A DNA stretch of 64,000 nt from a virus. Every line of letters starts with the position of its first letter. The stretch's first letter is position 1. The stretch spans positions 1 to 64,000 of the IMG/VR virus record IMGVR_UViG_3300033182_000371; one strand, written 5' to 3'. Shown piece by piece: positions 8,722 to 18,432 of the stretch. The notes under the pieces were generated by a model, which was given only the letters and a program-made list of their open reading frames with translations, was not told where the DNA came from and searched no databases. The translations under genes and the position numbers were made by a program.

Positions 8722-9650
8722 AGCAGTCTAAGGAGTCCATTAATACGATTGACATAGGTATGATGCTCTTTGGTATATTGCATCTGCCTGAGAATCAAGT
8801 CCTTGTCATCTCTATGACGCAAACCTGCTTCAAATAATTCTTCAATATTCTCTCTACAAATGACTTCGGGTCCAGCAAACTCTGCAAGTTTAGGAGAGTT
8901 TGTTAAACCAAGGTTACCATAACTCATCGTCTTAAATACACGACAAGTTTTAGTTCCCCATCTCTTATGAGTATCATTTCTAAGATCTGGAGAGAGGAAA
9001 GACTTTTGCATTAGTTGACGCATTACTTCGCCGTCTAGTGGATTAGTCCAAGGATTAGACCATCCAGTCTTCACTCCCATTTTAGCACACAAAGTTCCAA
9101 ACTCTTGAATCAAATGTGCGTTCTTAAATCTACCTTCACGAGAAATGCTTCCAATGAAATACCAGATATTCTCCCGTTGAATATTCACCCAGTCTTCATC
9201 AAACTCTTCAGGAAGAAGATCTGTTGCCCAAGCAAGGTATGCAATCTCATACCCTTTCTCTCTTGAAGAGATACGATCAACACATACTCCAGTATCTAGT
9301 TCTTCGAAGTCAAACAAGTTATGATGGAACTCATAGTTATCGTTCTCCATACTATCTTGGTGATAGCGAACATCAATCAGTTTCTTACAATTACCAAGAT
9401 ACTTTTCTGGTTTTACACATACATGTACATAGTATACGCAACTTGCCAGCACGGGAATATTCTTATCAGCATATCCCTCAGTAAAGAACACAGAGTCTTC
9501 ATAATCAAAGTCAGCATGACTGGGATACTCCTCATCATGGAACCAGTGAACTTGATGTCCTGCCCGCTCTAATGCTTTCTTGAATCCCTCATGCACATAG
9601 GAATATGTGTCAGTGTGTAGAGGGTATCCCCAAAGAATACATTTCATCAA
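8718..9650 (-). CDS. Putative glycosyltransferase (GT-B-like C-terminus)
   Basis: RVFKTMSYG...HHTYVNRI C-terminal pattern; operon context. Confidence 0.6.
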   Translation of the reverse strand: MMKCILWGYPLHTDTYSYVHEGFKKALERAGHQVHWFHDEEYPSHADFDYEDSVFFTEGYADKNIPVLASCVYYVHVCVKPEKYLGNCKKLIDVRYHQDSMENDNYEFHHNLFDFEELDTGVCVDRISSREKGYEIAYLAWATDLLPEEFDEDWVNIQRENIWYFIGSISREGRFKNAHLIQEFGTLCAKMGVKTGWSNPWTNPLDGEVMRQLMQKSFLSPDLRNDTHKRWGTKTCRVFKTMSYGNLGLTNSPKLAEFAGPEVICRENIEELFEAGLRHRDDKDLILRQMQYTKEHHTYVNRINGLLRLL

Positions 9651-10348
9651 ACTCTCCCCAACATATAATCTTCTGCCTTCTTAGTTTCACCAGTCACGCA
9701 CTTCATAGCATCGATAGTGTGAGAAGGAACAAGATCAGGATGAGCCCACCAATCTTCAAAAGGATGCTCTTCATCGACAGAGATGTTATCGGCAATCAAC
9801 ACATAACCGAACGACTCAAGATACTCGCGGGAAGCATCACGGACTTCAGGACCATCGTTATAACAGTCATGCTCAAAGGTAATGGTAGCAAACTTAAATT
9901 TATTAAGGTCGATCTTTTTCAATGCTTCAAAAGTAACTGTAGAAGGTTCACAATCTACCTGAAGATAATCAAAGGTAGGACCAAGACCAACCTCTTCAAA
10001 GAGAGCATCAAAGTCGGCAGTCGTAGCATCACCTACGGCAACCTTTGCACGACGATGTTTGTTGTACAGTTCTGCCTCATGCTCTTTAATTTCAAACCCA
10101 ATACCATCCCACTCGAAGCGGGACTCAAGCAGAGCAGTATTGTTAGAGATCACAGGATGACCAGATCCAATCTCAACAAAAGTTCCTTTGGGTTTACCAT
10201 CGTTCATGCACAGAACAAACATGTCCTGATAGCATTGTGAAAAGTTCTGGTGACTTACCAGTTCATATCCAGAAAATTTGTAACGGAGTTCACCTGCTTT
10301 CTCAGCAGTGTAAAAGGTTGGCATTTGCCAGGCATTAGGGTCGCTCAT
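9647..10348 (-). CDS. FkbM-like SAM-dependent methyltransferase
   Basis: FSQxxQD, GTFVEIGSG, SNNT, DYLQVDCE, ITFEH. Confidence 0.8.
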   Translation of the reverse strand: MSDPNAWQMPTFYTAEKAGELRYKFSGYELVSHQNFSQCYQDMFVLCMNDGKPKGTFVEIGSGHPVISNNTALLESRFEWDGIGFEIKEHEAELYNKHRRAKVAVGDATTADFDALFEEVGLGPTFDYLQVDCEPSTVTFEALKKIDLNKFKFATITFEHDCYNDGPEVRDASREYLESFGYVLIADNISVDEEHPFEDWWAHPDLVPSHTIDAMKCVTGETKKAEDYMLGRV

Positions 10349-11040
10349 ACTTGGTAAGATGAATTATCTTTGGCTAGGTGGATAATTTTTTGTTGATAGG
10401 GATAGTTAGGAAAGCATTCTGGAAATGCATAATCAGGAGGCAGTGCATTGACATTCTCTTGATTGTCAATAAAGAATTTATTAAGGTGACTTTCATCATG
10501 CCATATGGCAATTATATCATTCTTATAGTCTTTGTCAACTCTATCTTTTAAGAGTTTCATCATTGGAATAACAGACTTGATCTTCCCTCCCCATAGACAT
10601 CCCTGATAATAAGATACAGGATCTCCAGTCACACATGCTTCAGATTCAAGACGCCGCTCAAAGGTCCCAGTTCCAGTATTGTAATGGCATGGGTGATGGA
10701 CAGCGATGAAATCTTTCTGATCATCAAAGAACTCTTCAGGAGTGATTACCTGATTAACTCTCATGTCAGCATCAAGGAATACTAACCAGTCATGCTGTTC
10801 CAATTCTTCTTGCGCTAACAAGATAGTGTGGAACCTTTCCAAAGTGATAGCAGGCCATCCCTTGTGAGGAATTTGCATGACCGTTATATTGGAGGGAAGA
10901 TCTCCATCCAATTCACCATCAGTGAATACGAAATATTGTTTGTCTAGACCAGGAAAAAGTTTTTCTTCACAGGTCTCGTAGTAATTGGGAAAGAAGTCAA
11001 GATACTTGTTAGTACCAATAAAGATAACAGCAACACTCAT
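10345..11040 (-). CDS. Glycosyltransferase family 6 (ABO / alpha-1,3-Gal(NAc)T-like)
   Basis: FIGTNKY, FVFTD, FLDADM, YYQGCLWGG, WHDESHLNKF. Confidence 0.92.
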   Translation of the reverse strand: MSVAVIFIGTNKYLDFFPNYYETCEEKLFPGLDKQYFVFTDGELDGDLPSNITVMQIPHKGWPAITLERFHTILLAQEELEQHDWLVFLDADMRVNQVITPEEFFDDQKDFIAVHHPCHYNTGTGTFERRLESEACVTGDPVSYYQGCLWGGKIKSVIPMMKLLKDRVDKDYKNDIIAIWHDESHLNKFFIDNQENVNALPPDYAFPECFPNYPYQQKIIHLAKDNSSYQV

Positions 11041-11846
11041 ACAACTTCCCAACCTTCACAATACAAATCTTTAGTATTATTAGTTTGATCCAAAGGAGGA
11101 CCAAACCACTTAGATGGTGCAATTACTCTCTTGTTCTCATTAGTAGAAAGCCATGCTCCCCACCAACTGAATGAACTATTGGCAATAATAAAATCACTGC
11201 AGAGAGACATCAAACAAAGATCAAGATATTGATCCCTGTTCTCGGAAACTAAGAACCTGTCATTATCAAACAGATCCTCTTGAAGGCACCACTCTGGATC
11301 ATCAGAAAAAATAATCACCTCACGATCAGAGTCGAACCGTGCCAACGCTTCCCTATAGTAATTTATATCACAAATAGGATGGTGAGAATACTGAGCGTAG
11401 TCAGTGCGACGAACATGCAATGCGATAGGGTTAGTTACCTCCTTACGCATTTTTTTACATGGTTCTAGATACTCGTCCTTGAATGTAAAGTCTGCAAGAA
11501 TATCTTTTCTGATATGCTTGAAGTATTTTTCTGATTGGAAAAAACCAAATAAACTTACAAAGTCAGGGCAGTTGTTGAAAAGATTCTCATCAAATTCAAA
11601 ACTTTCTTCCCTAACAATAGGACGGTCCTGATCGATATACTGAACTTGAAGTGCATTAAGGTCATGCAATTCAAAAGGAACGAACAGTTGATGCTCGTTC
11701 CATTCATCTGCTTTATTCTTATAGTTTGATGGGGGGACACAGTAATTAAATCCCCTATTAGCAGCGATACCTTTGACAGCGGCATACTGAAACATTTGAT
11801 TGGCAAGACGCTCTTTCATCTTGCCGACATAATTAATACCAATCAT
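11037..11846 (-). CDS. Glycosyltransferase family 11 (alpha-1,2-fucosyltransferase-like)
   Basis: LANQMFQYA, GFFQSEKYF, HVRRTDY, FSDD, NSSFSWWGAWL. Confidence 0.93.
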   Translation of the reverse strand: MIGINYVGKMKERLANQMFQYAAVKGIAANRGFNYCVPPSNYKNKADEWNEHQLFVPFELHDLNALQVQYIDQDRPIVREESFEFDENLFNNCPDFVSLFGFFQSEKYFKHIRKDILADFTFKDEYLEPCKKMRKEVTNPIALHVRRTDYAQYSHHPICDINYYREALARFDSDREVIIFSDDPEWCLQEDLFDNDRFLVSENRDQYLDLCLMSLCSDFIIANSSFSWWGAWLSTNENKRVIAPSKWFGPPLDQTNNTKDLYCEGWEVV

Positions 11847-12796
11847 CTTGTCTGTAAGTCAGTGTTTGCAATATACCATTCATAGGTCTTACGAAGACCG
11901 TCCATTAATTTATACTTCGGTTTCCAACCTTTATCCAGAAGTTTGGAGTAGTCCAAAGGACGCTTAGGTGTACCATCTGGTTTAGAAGTATCCCACTTAA
12001 TCTCACCAGGATAACCAGTAATGCTAGCGATCATCTCTGCCAGTTCTTTGATAGAAACATCTTCACCCGATCCAACATTCAATAACTCTGCAGACTCATA
12101 GTTCTCCATAGCGAAGATACATGCATCAGCAAGGTCATCACAGTGGAGGAACTCACGGCGAGGAGTGCCTGTACCCCAACAGGTAACAGGATCATCACCT
12201 TGCTGCCAGTTGTTGAACTTCTGGAGCATAGCGGGGATCACATGCCCGTTCATGGGGTGGAAGTTATCGTTAGGACCATACAGGTTAGCAGGCATCAGAG
12301 AGACGCCTTTGAACCCATACTGCTTGTAGTAAGACTTCAGCATGTAGATGCCATGGATCTTAGCGAGAGCATACGCATCGTTGGTAGACTCTAGTTCTCC
12401 AGACATCAGACACTCTTCCTTCACAGGAGTCGGTGCAAACTTAGGGTAGATGCATACGCTTCCAAGGAAGAGAAACTTCTGCACACCATACTCATAGGCG
12501 TAATGAATGAGGTTGGTTTGGATCTGAGTATTCTGGTAGATAAACTCCGCCGAGTAGGTATCATTGGCGTGGATGCCACCAACACGAGCAGCAGCATCGA
12601 ACACATAGTCAATACCTTGAGACCTAAAGAACTTTTTAACTGCAACCTGATCCATGAGATCAAGTTCCTGCCGAGTTCTAGTGATGATGTTCTCGTAACC
12701 TTCTTGCTGAAGACGGCGAACAATGGCAGATCCAACTAAACCACGATGACCAGCGACAAAAATTCTTGCGTGTTTCTGCATTGTTCTCAGTTTCAT
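11843..12796 (-). CDS. fcl: GDP-L-fucose synthase (epimerase/reductase)
   Basis: GHRGLVGS, AARVGGI, SVCIYPK, YALAK, NLYGPNDNF, HVIP, WGTGTPRREF. Confidence 0.95.
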   Translation of the reverse strand: MKLRTMQKHARIFVAGHRGLVGSAIVRRLQQEGYENIITRTRQELDLMDQVAVKKFFRSQGIDYVFDAAARVGGIHANDTYSAEFIYQNTQIQTNLIHYAYEYGVQKFLFLGSVCIYPKFAPTPVKEECLMSGELESTNDAYALAKIHGIYMLKSYYKQYGFKGVSLMPANLYGPNDNFHPMNGHVIPAMLQKFNNWQQGDDPVTCWGTGTPRREFLHCDDLADACIFAMENYESAELLNVGSGEDVSIKELAEMIASITGYPGEIKWDTSKPDGTPKRPLDYSKLLDKGWKPKYKLMDGLRKTYEWYIANTDLQTR

Positions 12797-14043
12797 TGAA
12801 TAATTACAACTTCAGGTTCAGGTAGAGGGAACAGGAAACGCTTTCCTTTGAACTTAGGGTTCTTCAGGAAGAAGTCCCTGAAGTGCCAAGGAAGTACGAT
12901 GTGAAGATCAAACTCACGCATCATGACATCCTCTTCATCAACGATAGGAATCCATGTGCCAGGAGTAAATGATCCTTCCTTATCGGGATTGACATCACCA
13001 ACCATCTGAACATCCTCAGGACCAATTTCCCAGGTCTGAAGAGTCACATTACCTTTGGTGCTGGCACCGAGAGCACAGATCTTTGCTCCATTGTTCTTGT
13101 AGAACTCAATAATCTTCCAGAACTGTTCCTTACATCCATTGATACGATCACTGAACTCTTCCCATGGTTGAACAGTATCGAGACCCATATCAATCTCTTG
13201 AGCAAGAACCCCAGTCAGTTTGACCGTACACTCTTTACGCTCACTATTAGTTGTGGGAGTAACAACAACAGAAATACTACCACCATTAACATCATTAAAC
13301 TCAAAGTCAACGATCTTGAATCCAGACTTATCCATGATGTATTTGAGTTGCCTCATACCATAGTAAGACAGATGCTCATGGCACACTGTATCAAACGAAT
13401 TGACACGCAGCATCGTAGGCATGTAGCTCTGCTCAAGCACCCAAATACCCTGAGGATCAAGACACTCATGTACCTGACGAGCAAACTCACAGGGATCTTC
13501 CAGGTCATAGAACATCGAGAACGATGTAATAATCTTTGCTTTCTGCTTACCAAAACGATCACGGAAAGCATCGGCAGAGAAGAAGTCTGCAATGAAATTC
13601 ACATGATCAGGAATGTATTCTTTGAACTTCTTAGAAGTAGGATCAATGCTCATGAGTTGCAGGTCATGAGGGAAGCATCCAAGGAAGGTTCCATCATTAC
13701 CAGCAATATCAACAACGATATCACCAGACTCAAGGTCGGTGTCTGCCATGATCTTGAGTGCCTTCTCTTTGAGGTGGCGAACCATGCTACCGTTCAGACC
13801 AGAACGATACCCATACTCATCACCGTACATAGTAGGCAGATCAAAGGTATGCTCAAGTTGAACATGACCACATCCACCTTTCTTTTCGTCACACTTGACG
13901 AGAGTCAGAGGACCTTTATACATGTCCTCATCAATTTCTTTGGGAAAAATGCCAGAGAGATATTGATCACCAAGATCCAAGACTGTAATCAGGTGTTCAT
14001 TACCACATACTCTACACTTTTCAATTTTGTAAAACTTACTCAT
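12793..14043 (-). CDS. NDP-sugar C-methyltransferase (Zn-binding N-terminus)
   Basis: CRVC...C..GCGHVQL zinc domain, [35 protein letters not shown]. Confidence 0.88.
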   Translation of the reverse strand: MSKFYKIEKCRVCGNEHLITVLDLGDQYLSGIFPKEIDEDMYKGPLTLVKCDEKKGGCGHVQLEHTFDLPTMYGDEYGYRSGLNGSMVRHLKEKALKIMADTDLESGDIVVDIAGNDGTFLGCFPHDLQLMSIDPTSKKFKEYIPDHVNFIADFFSADAFRDRFGKQKAKIITSFSMFYDLEDPCEFARQVHECLDPQGIWVLEQSYMPTMLRVNSFDTVCHEHLSYYGMRQLKYIMDKSGFKIVDFEFNDVNGGSISVVVTPTTNSERKECTVKLTGVLAQEIDMGLDTVQPWEEFSDRINGCKEQFWKIIEFYKNNGAKICALGASTKGNVTLQTWEIGPEDVQMVGDVNPDKEGSFTPGTWIPIVDEEDVMMREFDLHIVLPWHFRDFFLKNPKFKGKRFLFPLPEPEVVIIQ

Positions 14044-15032
14044 TGTCCGTTAATGCACATGTCTTCTACGAGTTCTTGGAAACTAATTTCTGGTTCCCAT
14101 CCTAGCACAGTTTTTGCCTTTGTGGCATCCCCAAGTAGTTGCTCTACTTCAGTCGGGCGGTAATATTTAGGGTTAACGCGAATGATCTCTTTATTCATAT
14201 TCTTACAGAATCCAACCTCGTCTAATCCCTCACCACGCCACTCAATATTGAATCCAAAGTAAGACGCTGCCTCATTGACAAATTGTCTGACACTACGCAT
14301 TTCACCAGTAGCAAGCACAAAATCATCAGGAGTCTCGTGCTGGGTAATCATCCACATGCCACGAACATAGTCCTTAGCATGACCCCAGTCACGCTGAGCA
14401 TCCAGGTTTCCCAACTCTAAGACATCTTGGAATCCACTTGAGATGTTTGCGAGTCCTCTCGTGATCTTACGGGTAACGAAGGTTTCACCTCTCCGTGGGG
14501 ACTCATGATTGAAAAGTATACCGTTGCTAGCATGGATACCATACGCTTCACGATAGTTCCTAACGATCCAATACGCATACATTTTTGCTACACCATATGG
14601 TGAGCGAGGATAGAATGGTGTTGTTTCTTTTTGTGGAACTTCTTGCACCAATCCATACAGTTCGCTAGTAGATGCTTGATAGAACTTGCAAGGGTGATCC
14701 AACAAACGAATTGCCTCCAGGAGACGCAAGGTTCCTAGAGCATCTACTTCTCCTGTGTACTCAGGCATATCAAAGGACACCTTAACATGACTCATTGCTG
14801 CCAGGTTATATACCTCAGTTGGTTTGATCTTTTGAATCAAACTGATGAGATTACCAGCATCAGTCATGTCTCCATAATGTTTATGGATTCTATTATAGAT
14901 GTGATCAATACGATGTGTATTAATAAGAGAAGAACGGCGTACAATGCCATGAACTTCATATCCTTTTTCAAGGAGAAATTCGGCAAGGTACGAACCGTCC
15001 TGTCCTGTTATTCCTGTAATTAATGCTCTCAT
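14040..15032 (-). CDS. gmd: GDP-mannose 4,6-dehydratase
   Basis: [48 protein letters not shown]. Confidence 0.98.
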   Translation of the reverse strand: MRALITGITGQDGSYLAEFLLEKGYEVHGIVRRSSLINTHRIDHIYNRIHKHYGDMTDAGNLISLIQKIKPTEVYNLAAMSHVKVSFDMPEYTGEVDALGTLRLLEAIRLLDHPCKFYQASTSELYGLVQEVPQKETTPFYPRSPYGVAKMYAYWIVRNYREAYGIHASNGILFNHESPRRGETFVTRKITRGLANISSGFQDVLELGNLDAQRDWGHAKDYVRGMWMITQHETPDDFVLATGEMRSVRQFVNEAASYFGFNIEWRGEGLDEVGFCKNMNKEIIRVNPKYYRPTEVEQLLGDATKAKTVLGWEPEISFQELVEDMCINGQ

Positions 15033-15221
15033 TTAAACGATTTTAATATGATCTTCAGCCATCAAATCTGCTGAAGACTTGTCTGCAATACTACGAAGAC
15101 CCAGGTAATGACGCCACAATTCTGACAGCGTATTGGTCTCTTCGTCGTTATTTAGTGCAGCGATCAAAGCATCTTTGACTGCATCAGCAGCGTTTTGATA
15201 GTCAGTGTAAGTCATAATCAA
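15033..15221 (-). CDS. Hypothetical protein
   Basis: ORF track; abuts gmd. Confidence 0.6.
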   Translation of the reverse strand: MIMTYTDYQNAADAVKDALIAALNNDEETNTLSELWRHYLGLRSIADKSSADLMAEDHIKIV

Positions 15222-15454
15222 TCGTATTTGCGATAGGCACCCACTTCTGGGTCAGGATCTAACCATTTGGTGTACTCTTTGTCTTCGATAGCAAGATGAA
15301 GTTGCATCTCGTTGTCGCAAAGATACATGTCATTGTAACGCTTTGTCCATTCGTGCCACTTCTGAATACGGCAATCAGGTTTACCGTTGATTTCTAGAGT
15401 GCCACAGGTTACATAGCGGTAAGGATACCGCTCAAGAATCACATTCGGTTTCAT
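15218..15454 (-). CDS. Hypothetical cyanophage protein
   Basis: ORF track; likely start MKPNVILERYPYRY. Confidence 0.7.
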   Translation of the reverse strand: MKPNVILERYPYRYVTCGTLEINGKPDCRIQKWHEWTKRYNDMYLCDNEMQLHLAIEDKEYTKWLDPDPEVGAYRKYD

Positions 15455-15668
15455 TGATGACACCTTCTTCAAGAAGATCAGCATAGAGACAGTCTAGCAG
15501 AATCTCATAATCATCGCAAGGGTCATTCATGAACTGAACGCCTTTCTCTTCGTAGTATTTGGTCACTTTACGAAAGACCTTTGGATATTGGTGGTCAAGA
15601 GCAACTTGACCCTCGACAGTGCCACGAAGAATGTTGATGTGCTTTTTGAATTTAGTGGTGACAGACAT
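15432..15668 (-). CDS. Hypothetical cyanophage protein
   Basis: ORF track; likely start MSVTTKFKK. Confidence 0.65.
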   Translation of the reverse strand: MSVTTKFKKHINILRGTVEGQVALDHQYPKVFRKVTKYYEEKGVQFMNDPCDDYEILLDCLYADLLEEGVINETECDS

Positions 15669-15885
15669 CGTTTTGATTGTGTACCTTGTTATTATACTGC
15701 ACCTGATCTGTTTTGGGAAGTTCAGGTGGACGGTCGTTCCAGTGTCTGATGGCATTGGCAACGATCGCAACATTAGTTATGAGATAAGATACAAAAATAA
15801 GGGTGCGGATAACCGCAACCTTATCAGATTCTTTATCACACCCTGTTGCTTTTTCTCCTAGAGCTTTACACCAGAGTCTCCACAT
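15652..15885 (-). CDS. Hypothetical membrane protein
   Basis: MWRLWCKALGEKA; one transmembrane helix. Confidence 0.65.
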   Translation of the reverse strand: MWRLWCKALGEKATGCDKESDKVAVIRTLIFVSYLITNVAIVANAIRHWNDRPPELPKTDQVQYNNKVHNQNDVCHH

Positions 15886-16108
15886 TGTTTTGCTTAGAAC
15901 ATGCCAACGAGTTACGAGGAACCTTGGACTTGAATTCGTCTTTAAGATTATACTGTAGTTCGTAGTTCTCAGTCAAGACATAATAACCAGTAAGATCCTT
16001 ACCGTTATCAATCCACCCGTAAGAGATAACCCGTTCATTTACATCACGAAGATCAATCTTTTTATCGGTGTTGAGGTAGTGATTAAAACGCTGGTGAAGA
16101 TTGATCAT
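15866..16108 (-). CDS. Hypothetical protein
   Basis: ORF track; overlapping start/stop packing. Confidence 0.65.
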   Translation of the reverse strand: MINLHQRFNHYLNTDKKIDLRDVNERVISYGWIDNGKDLTGYYVLTENYELQYNLKDEFKSKVPRNSLACSKQNNVETLV

Positions 16109-16353
16109 CGTGTTTCGAAATTGAGTTTACGAACTTTGCGTTTGCGTCTGTTCTCTTGGTATTCTAAGTCACCCTTTGACAGAACGCTAGTAGTCTTTAG
16201 ATTGTTTTCTGAATTGATCAGAACAACTTTGTTGAGATCGACTGCAGTGACCTTATCGTCAACCACTGTCGTCATGTTCTCGCACCCGCAGCACTGAGTC
16301 TTGCTGGAGCTGATCAATTCTGTGTTGCAAACTTTGCATCTGACTGACAACAT
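16105..16353 (-). CDS. Small Zn-ribbon protein
   Basis: CKVC...CCGC. Confidence 0.7.
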   Translation of the reverse strand: MLSVRCKVCNTELISSSKTQCCGCENMTTVVDDKVTAVDLNKVVLINSENNLKTTSVLSKGDLEYQENRRKRKVRKLNFETR

Positions 16354-16453
16354 GGTGTAACATTCCTTTAATTTGATCTAGTTCTTCGTGAATATCTTGA
16401 TGATGAAACCTAAGAGGTTTTTGAATTAACTCTTTCATTTTTTTCTTTTTCAT
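16259..16453 (-). CDS. Hypothetical protein
   Basis: ORF track; ATGA overlap upstream but long overlap with the downstream gene. Confidence 0.45.
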   Translation of the reverse strand: MKKKKMKELIQKPLRFHHQDIHEELDQIKGMLHHVVSQMQSLQHRIDQLQQDSVLRVREHDDSG

Positions 16454-17097
16454 AGGAAAATTACTTCAGTAAATCGAGTAGTGTCTTTGAAGAAGTTATC
16501 GACTATAGTCTGACCATGAAACCACTGTCCAGGAAAAACAACTCCACAATTAAATCGATCCAGTATGCACAGTTCTTCTTCGAACTGTTTTGAATTCTTC
16601 CAAGGTTTAGTATGCTCAGTGTCAGTTTTCCCAATAAAGAAATTTGCCTTTGTGCTTTGTGCTTTGTATAAAGATGTTCCCGCTTTTAAATGATGAGTTT
16701 TATTCAAGAATGTAATGAAGTTTACTTTACCATCAGTATGAGGGTGCCAATGATTACCTAGTCCAGGAAAATCATCTATCAATCTGAATTGATTGAAGAC
16801 ATTAAATGTTCCCTCTTCCTTCAATTCATATAAAGTATATAGTTTACTAATAAGAAATTTTCTATTAAGATCCCATCTATTATCCAGGAATAGTTGACCG
16901 TCCATAAAGTCAACACCATTCAAATTGTTACCATGTTTATTGGAAACAATTGCATTTACAGATGTAAGATACTCATAAACTCTATCTGGATGTTTGTAGA
17001 TGTTGTCTATGAATACTATCTTCGAATCTCTCCAAGGAATAATATCAATATTCCACAACGAATTATATTCGAAGTCAGATGGTCTAAAAAATTTCAT
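16450..17097 (-). CDS. 2OG-Fe(II) oxygenase-like protein (DUF6445-like)
   Basis: IDNIYKHPD, PHTD, GTSLY, FN..VF...FH..R. Confidence 0.7.
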   Translation of the reverse strand: MKFFRPSDFEYNSLWNIDIIPWRDSKIVFIDNIYKHPDRVYEYLTSVNAIVSNKHGNNLNGVDFMDGQLFLDNRWDLNRKFLISKLYTLYELKEEGTFNVFNQFRLIDDFPGLGNHWHPHTDGKVNFITFLNKTHHLKAGTSLYKAQSTKANFFIGKTDTEHTKPWKNSKQFEEELCILDRFNCGVVFPGQWFHGQTIVDNFFKDTTRFTEVIFL

Positions 17098-17168
17098 GGG
17101 AAATACTGGATTCGAACCAGTGACTTATTGCTTGTAAGGCAACCACTCTACCGCTGAGTTAATCTCCC
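17097..17168 (-). tRNA. tRNA-Val(UAC)
   Basis: GGGAGAT...GTTGC-CTTACAA-GCAAT...GGTTCGAATCC...ATTTCCCA. Confidence 0.95.
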
Positions 17169-17245
17169 TGGCGACTCAAGTAGGATTCGAACCTACGACC
17201 GACTGCTTAGAAGGCAGTTGCTCTATCCAGCTGAGCTATTGAGTC
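17169..17245 (-). tRNA. tRNA-Arg(UCU), CCA encoded
   Basis: GACTCAA...ACTGC-CTTCTAA-GCAGT...GGTTCGAATCC...TTGAGTCGCCA. Confidence 0.95.
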
Positions 17246-17843
17246 CTGAGAACATGAAAGTATAATTAACTCTCCGATGATCAGATCCTTTCTTCATAGA
17301 AACCTTGTTGGTTTCATGGAAGTATTTAGAGTTGAATATGAGAAGACGATTACACGCATATGGAATAATCGTTTTCTCACTTCTAGTGTACTCTAGATAT
17401 TTTCTGATCAACTTGACATCGGTATTATACTCGCGCCAGGTCCATGTCGGAGGAGGTTTGATGTCATAAAGAATCAAACCATTTTTCTCTGGATCATTAA
17501 CAGAAGAGTTTGGTGTGACCCAGAGATTCACATTATAGCATGCTGGATCAGCATGAGGGGTAACGCCGTTGGCGTTGTTGTCGTAAACGAATGCCCAACC
17601 TCTGTCAAAGTGACCGAGGAATGGGAACCTCGTTTCCAACCCTGTAATTATAGCAGATAGAAGGGGGTGACGCAAGTGGTCTGGAGAAAAGTTGAGTGAG
17701 TAATAGTCCTCGTAGATGTCGTCTGGATCATCTGCATTGAGAGCATACTCACGCAAGTCATCAATAACATCTGGTAGAAATAAATTATCTACCACATGAT
17801 ATCTTTCCTCTTCAATTATCTTCTTTACGGTACTTGAACGCAT
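17223..17843 (-). CDS. 2OG-Fe(II) oxygenase-like protein
   Basis: PHAD...NRLLIFNSKYFH...RVNYTF; start uncertain. Confidence 0.75.
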   Translation of the reverse strand: MRSSTVKKIIEEERYHVVDNLFLPDVIDDLREYALNADDPDDIYEDYYSLNFSPDHLRHPLLSAIITGLETRFPFLGHFDRGWAFVYDNNANGVTPHADPACYNVNLWVTPNSSVNDPEKNGLILYDIKPPPTWTWREYNTDVKLIRKYLEYTRSEKTIIPYACNRLLIFNSKYFHETNKVSMKKGSDHRRVNYTFMFSGLNSSAG

Positions 17844-18342
17844 AGGTAAAACGATGTTCAGAGTTTAGGGGAGTTGCCCTGTGCAAAATTCTAGATGTAA
17901 ACTTCACTAGTGTATTAGGTATTGGTGGAATGGCAATTATTTTTTCATCCAGATAAAATTCCGTAGTACCTCCATCGTTTAACCCATTATAATTGGAGTT
18001 CGCATAGAAGATGAATGTTAATTGATCTTCATCATCTTCACAGTCTTGATGGAAGTTAGCAACCTCATTAGGGGCAAAACAATTAATGTATGCTCTATAA
18101 AGTCTATATCCACCTATGTCTGCAAACTTTTGGCAGATTAAATTGTGGAAGATGTCTACAATTTCTTGATGTTCTTCATCTTCTGGACATAACTCAGAAA
18201 CCATTCCTGTTGGTTTATGACTTGAGTCATCCCTTTCGCCATAAGTGAAGGCAGCATTTTGAGCAAACTCAGAGACAAACCTAAAATCTTCATTAGATAA
18301 AGATTTTTCTACTGCTAGGATGCTTGGTCTTTCTTGTGTCAT
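17812..18342 (-). CDS. 2OG-Fe(II) oxygenase
   Basis: FHQD, GGTTEF, LHRA, RFT. Confidence 0.85.
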   Translation of the reverse strand: MTQERPSILAVEKSLSNEDFRFVSEFAQNAAFTYGERDDSSHKPTGMVSELCPEDEEHQEIVDIFHNLICQKFADIGGYRLYRAYINCFAPNEVANFHQDCEDDEDQLTFIFYANSNYNGLNDGGTTEFYLDEKIIAIPPIPNTLVKFTSRILHRATPLNSEHRFTYAFKYRKEDN

Positions 18343-18350
18343 TTTAAATA

Positions 18351-18422
18351 AGCGGGGTATCGGAATCGAACCGACGACATCTAACTTGGAAGGATAGCGT
18401 TCTACCGCTGAACTAACCCCGC
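18351..18422 (-). tRNA. tRNA-Gly(UCC)
   Basis: GCGGGGT...CTTCCAA loop...GGTTCGATTCC...ACCCCGCT. Confidence 0.93.
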
Positions 18423-18432
18423 GATAGATACA

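Noticed and set aside
13168-14163. 331-aa plus-strand ORF, and similar ones at 23316-24101, 29590-30318, 39050-39802 and 52637-53269
   Set aside because: Antisense to well-supported genes and without motifs.
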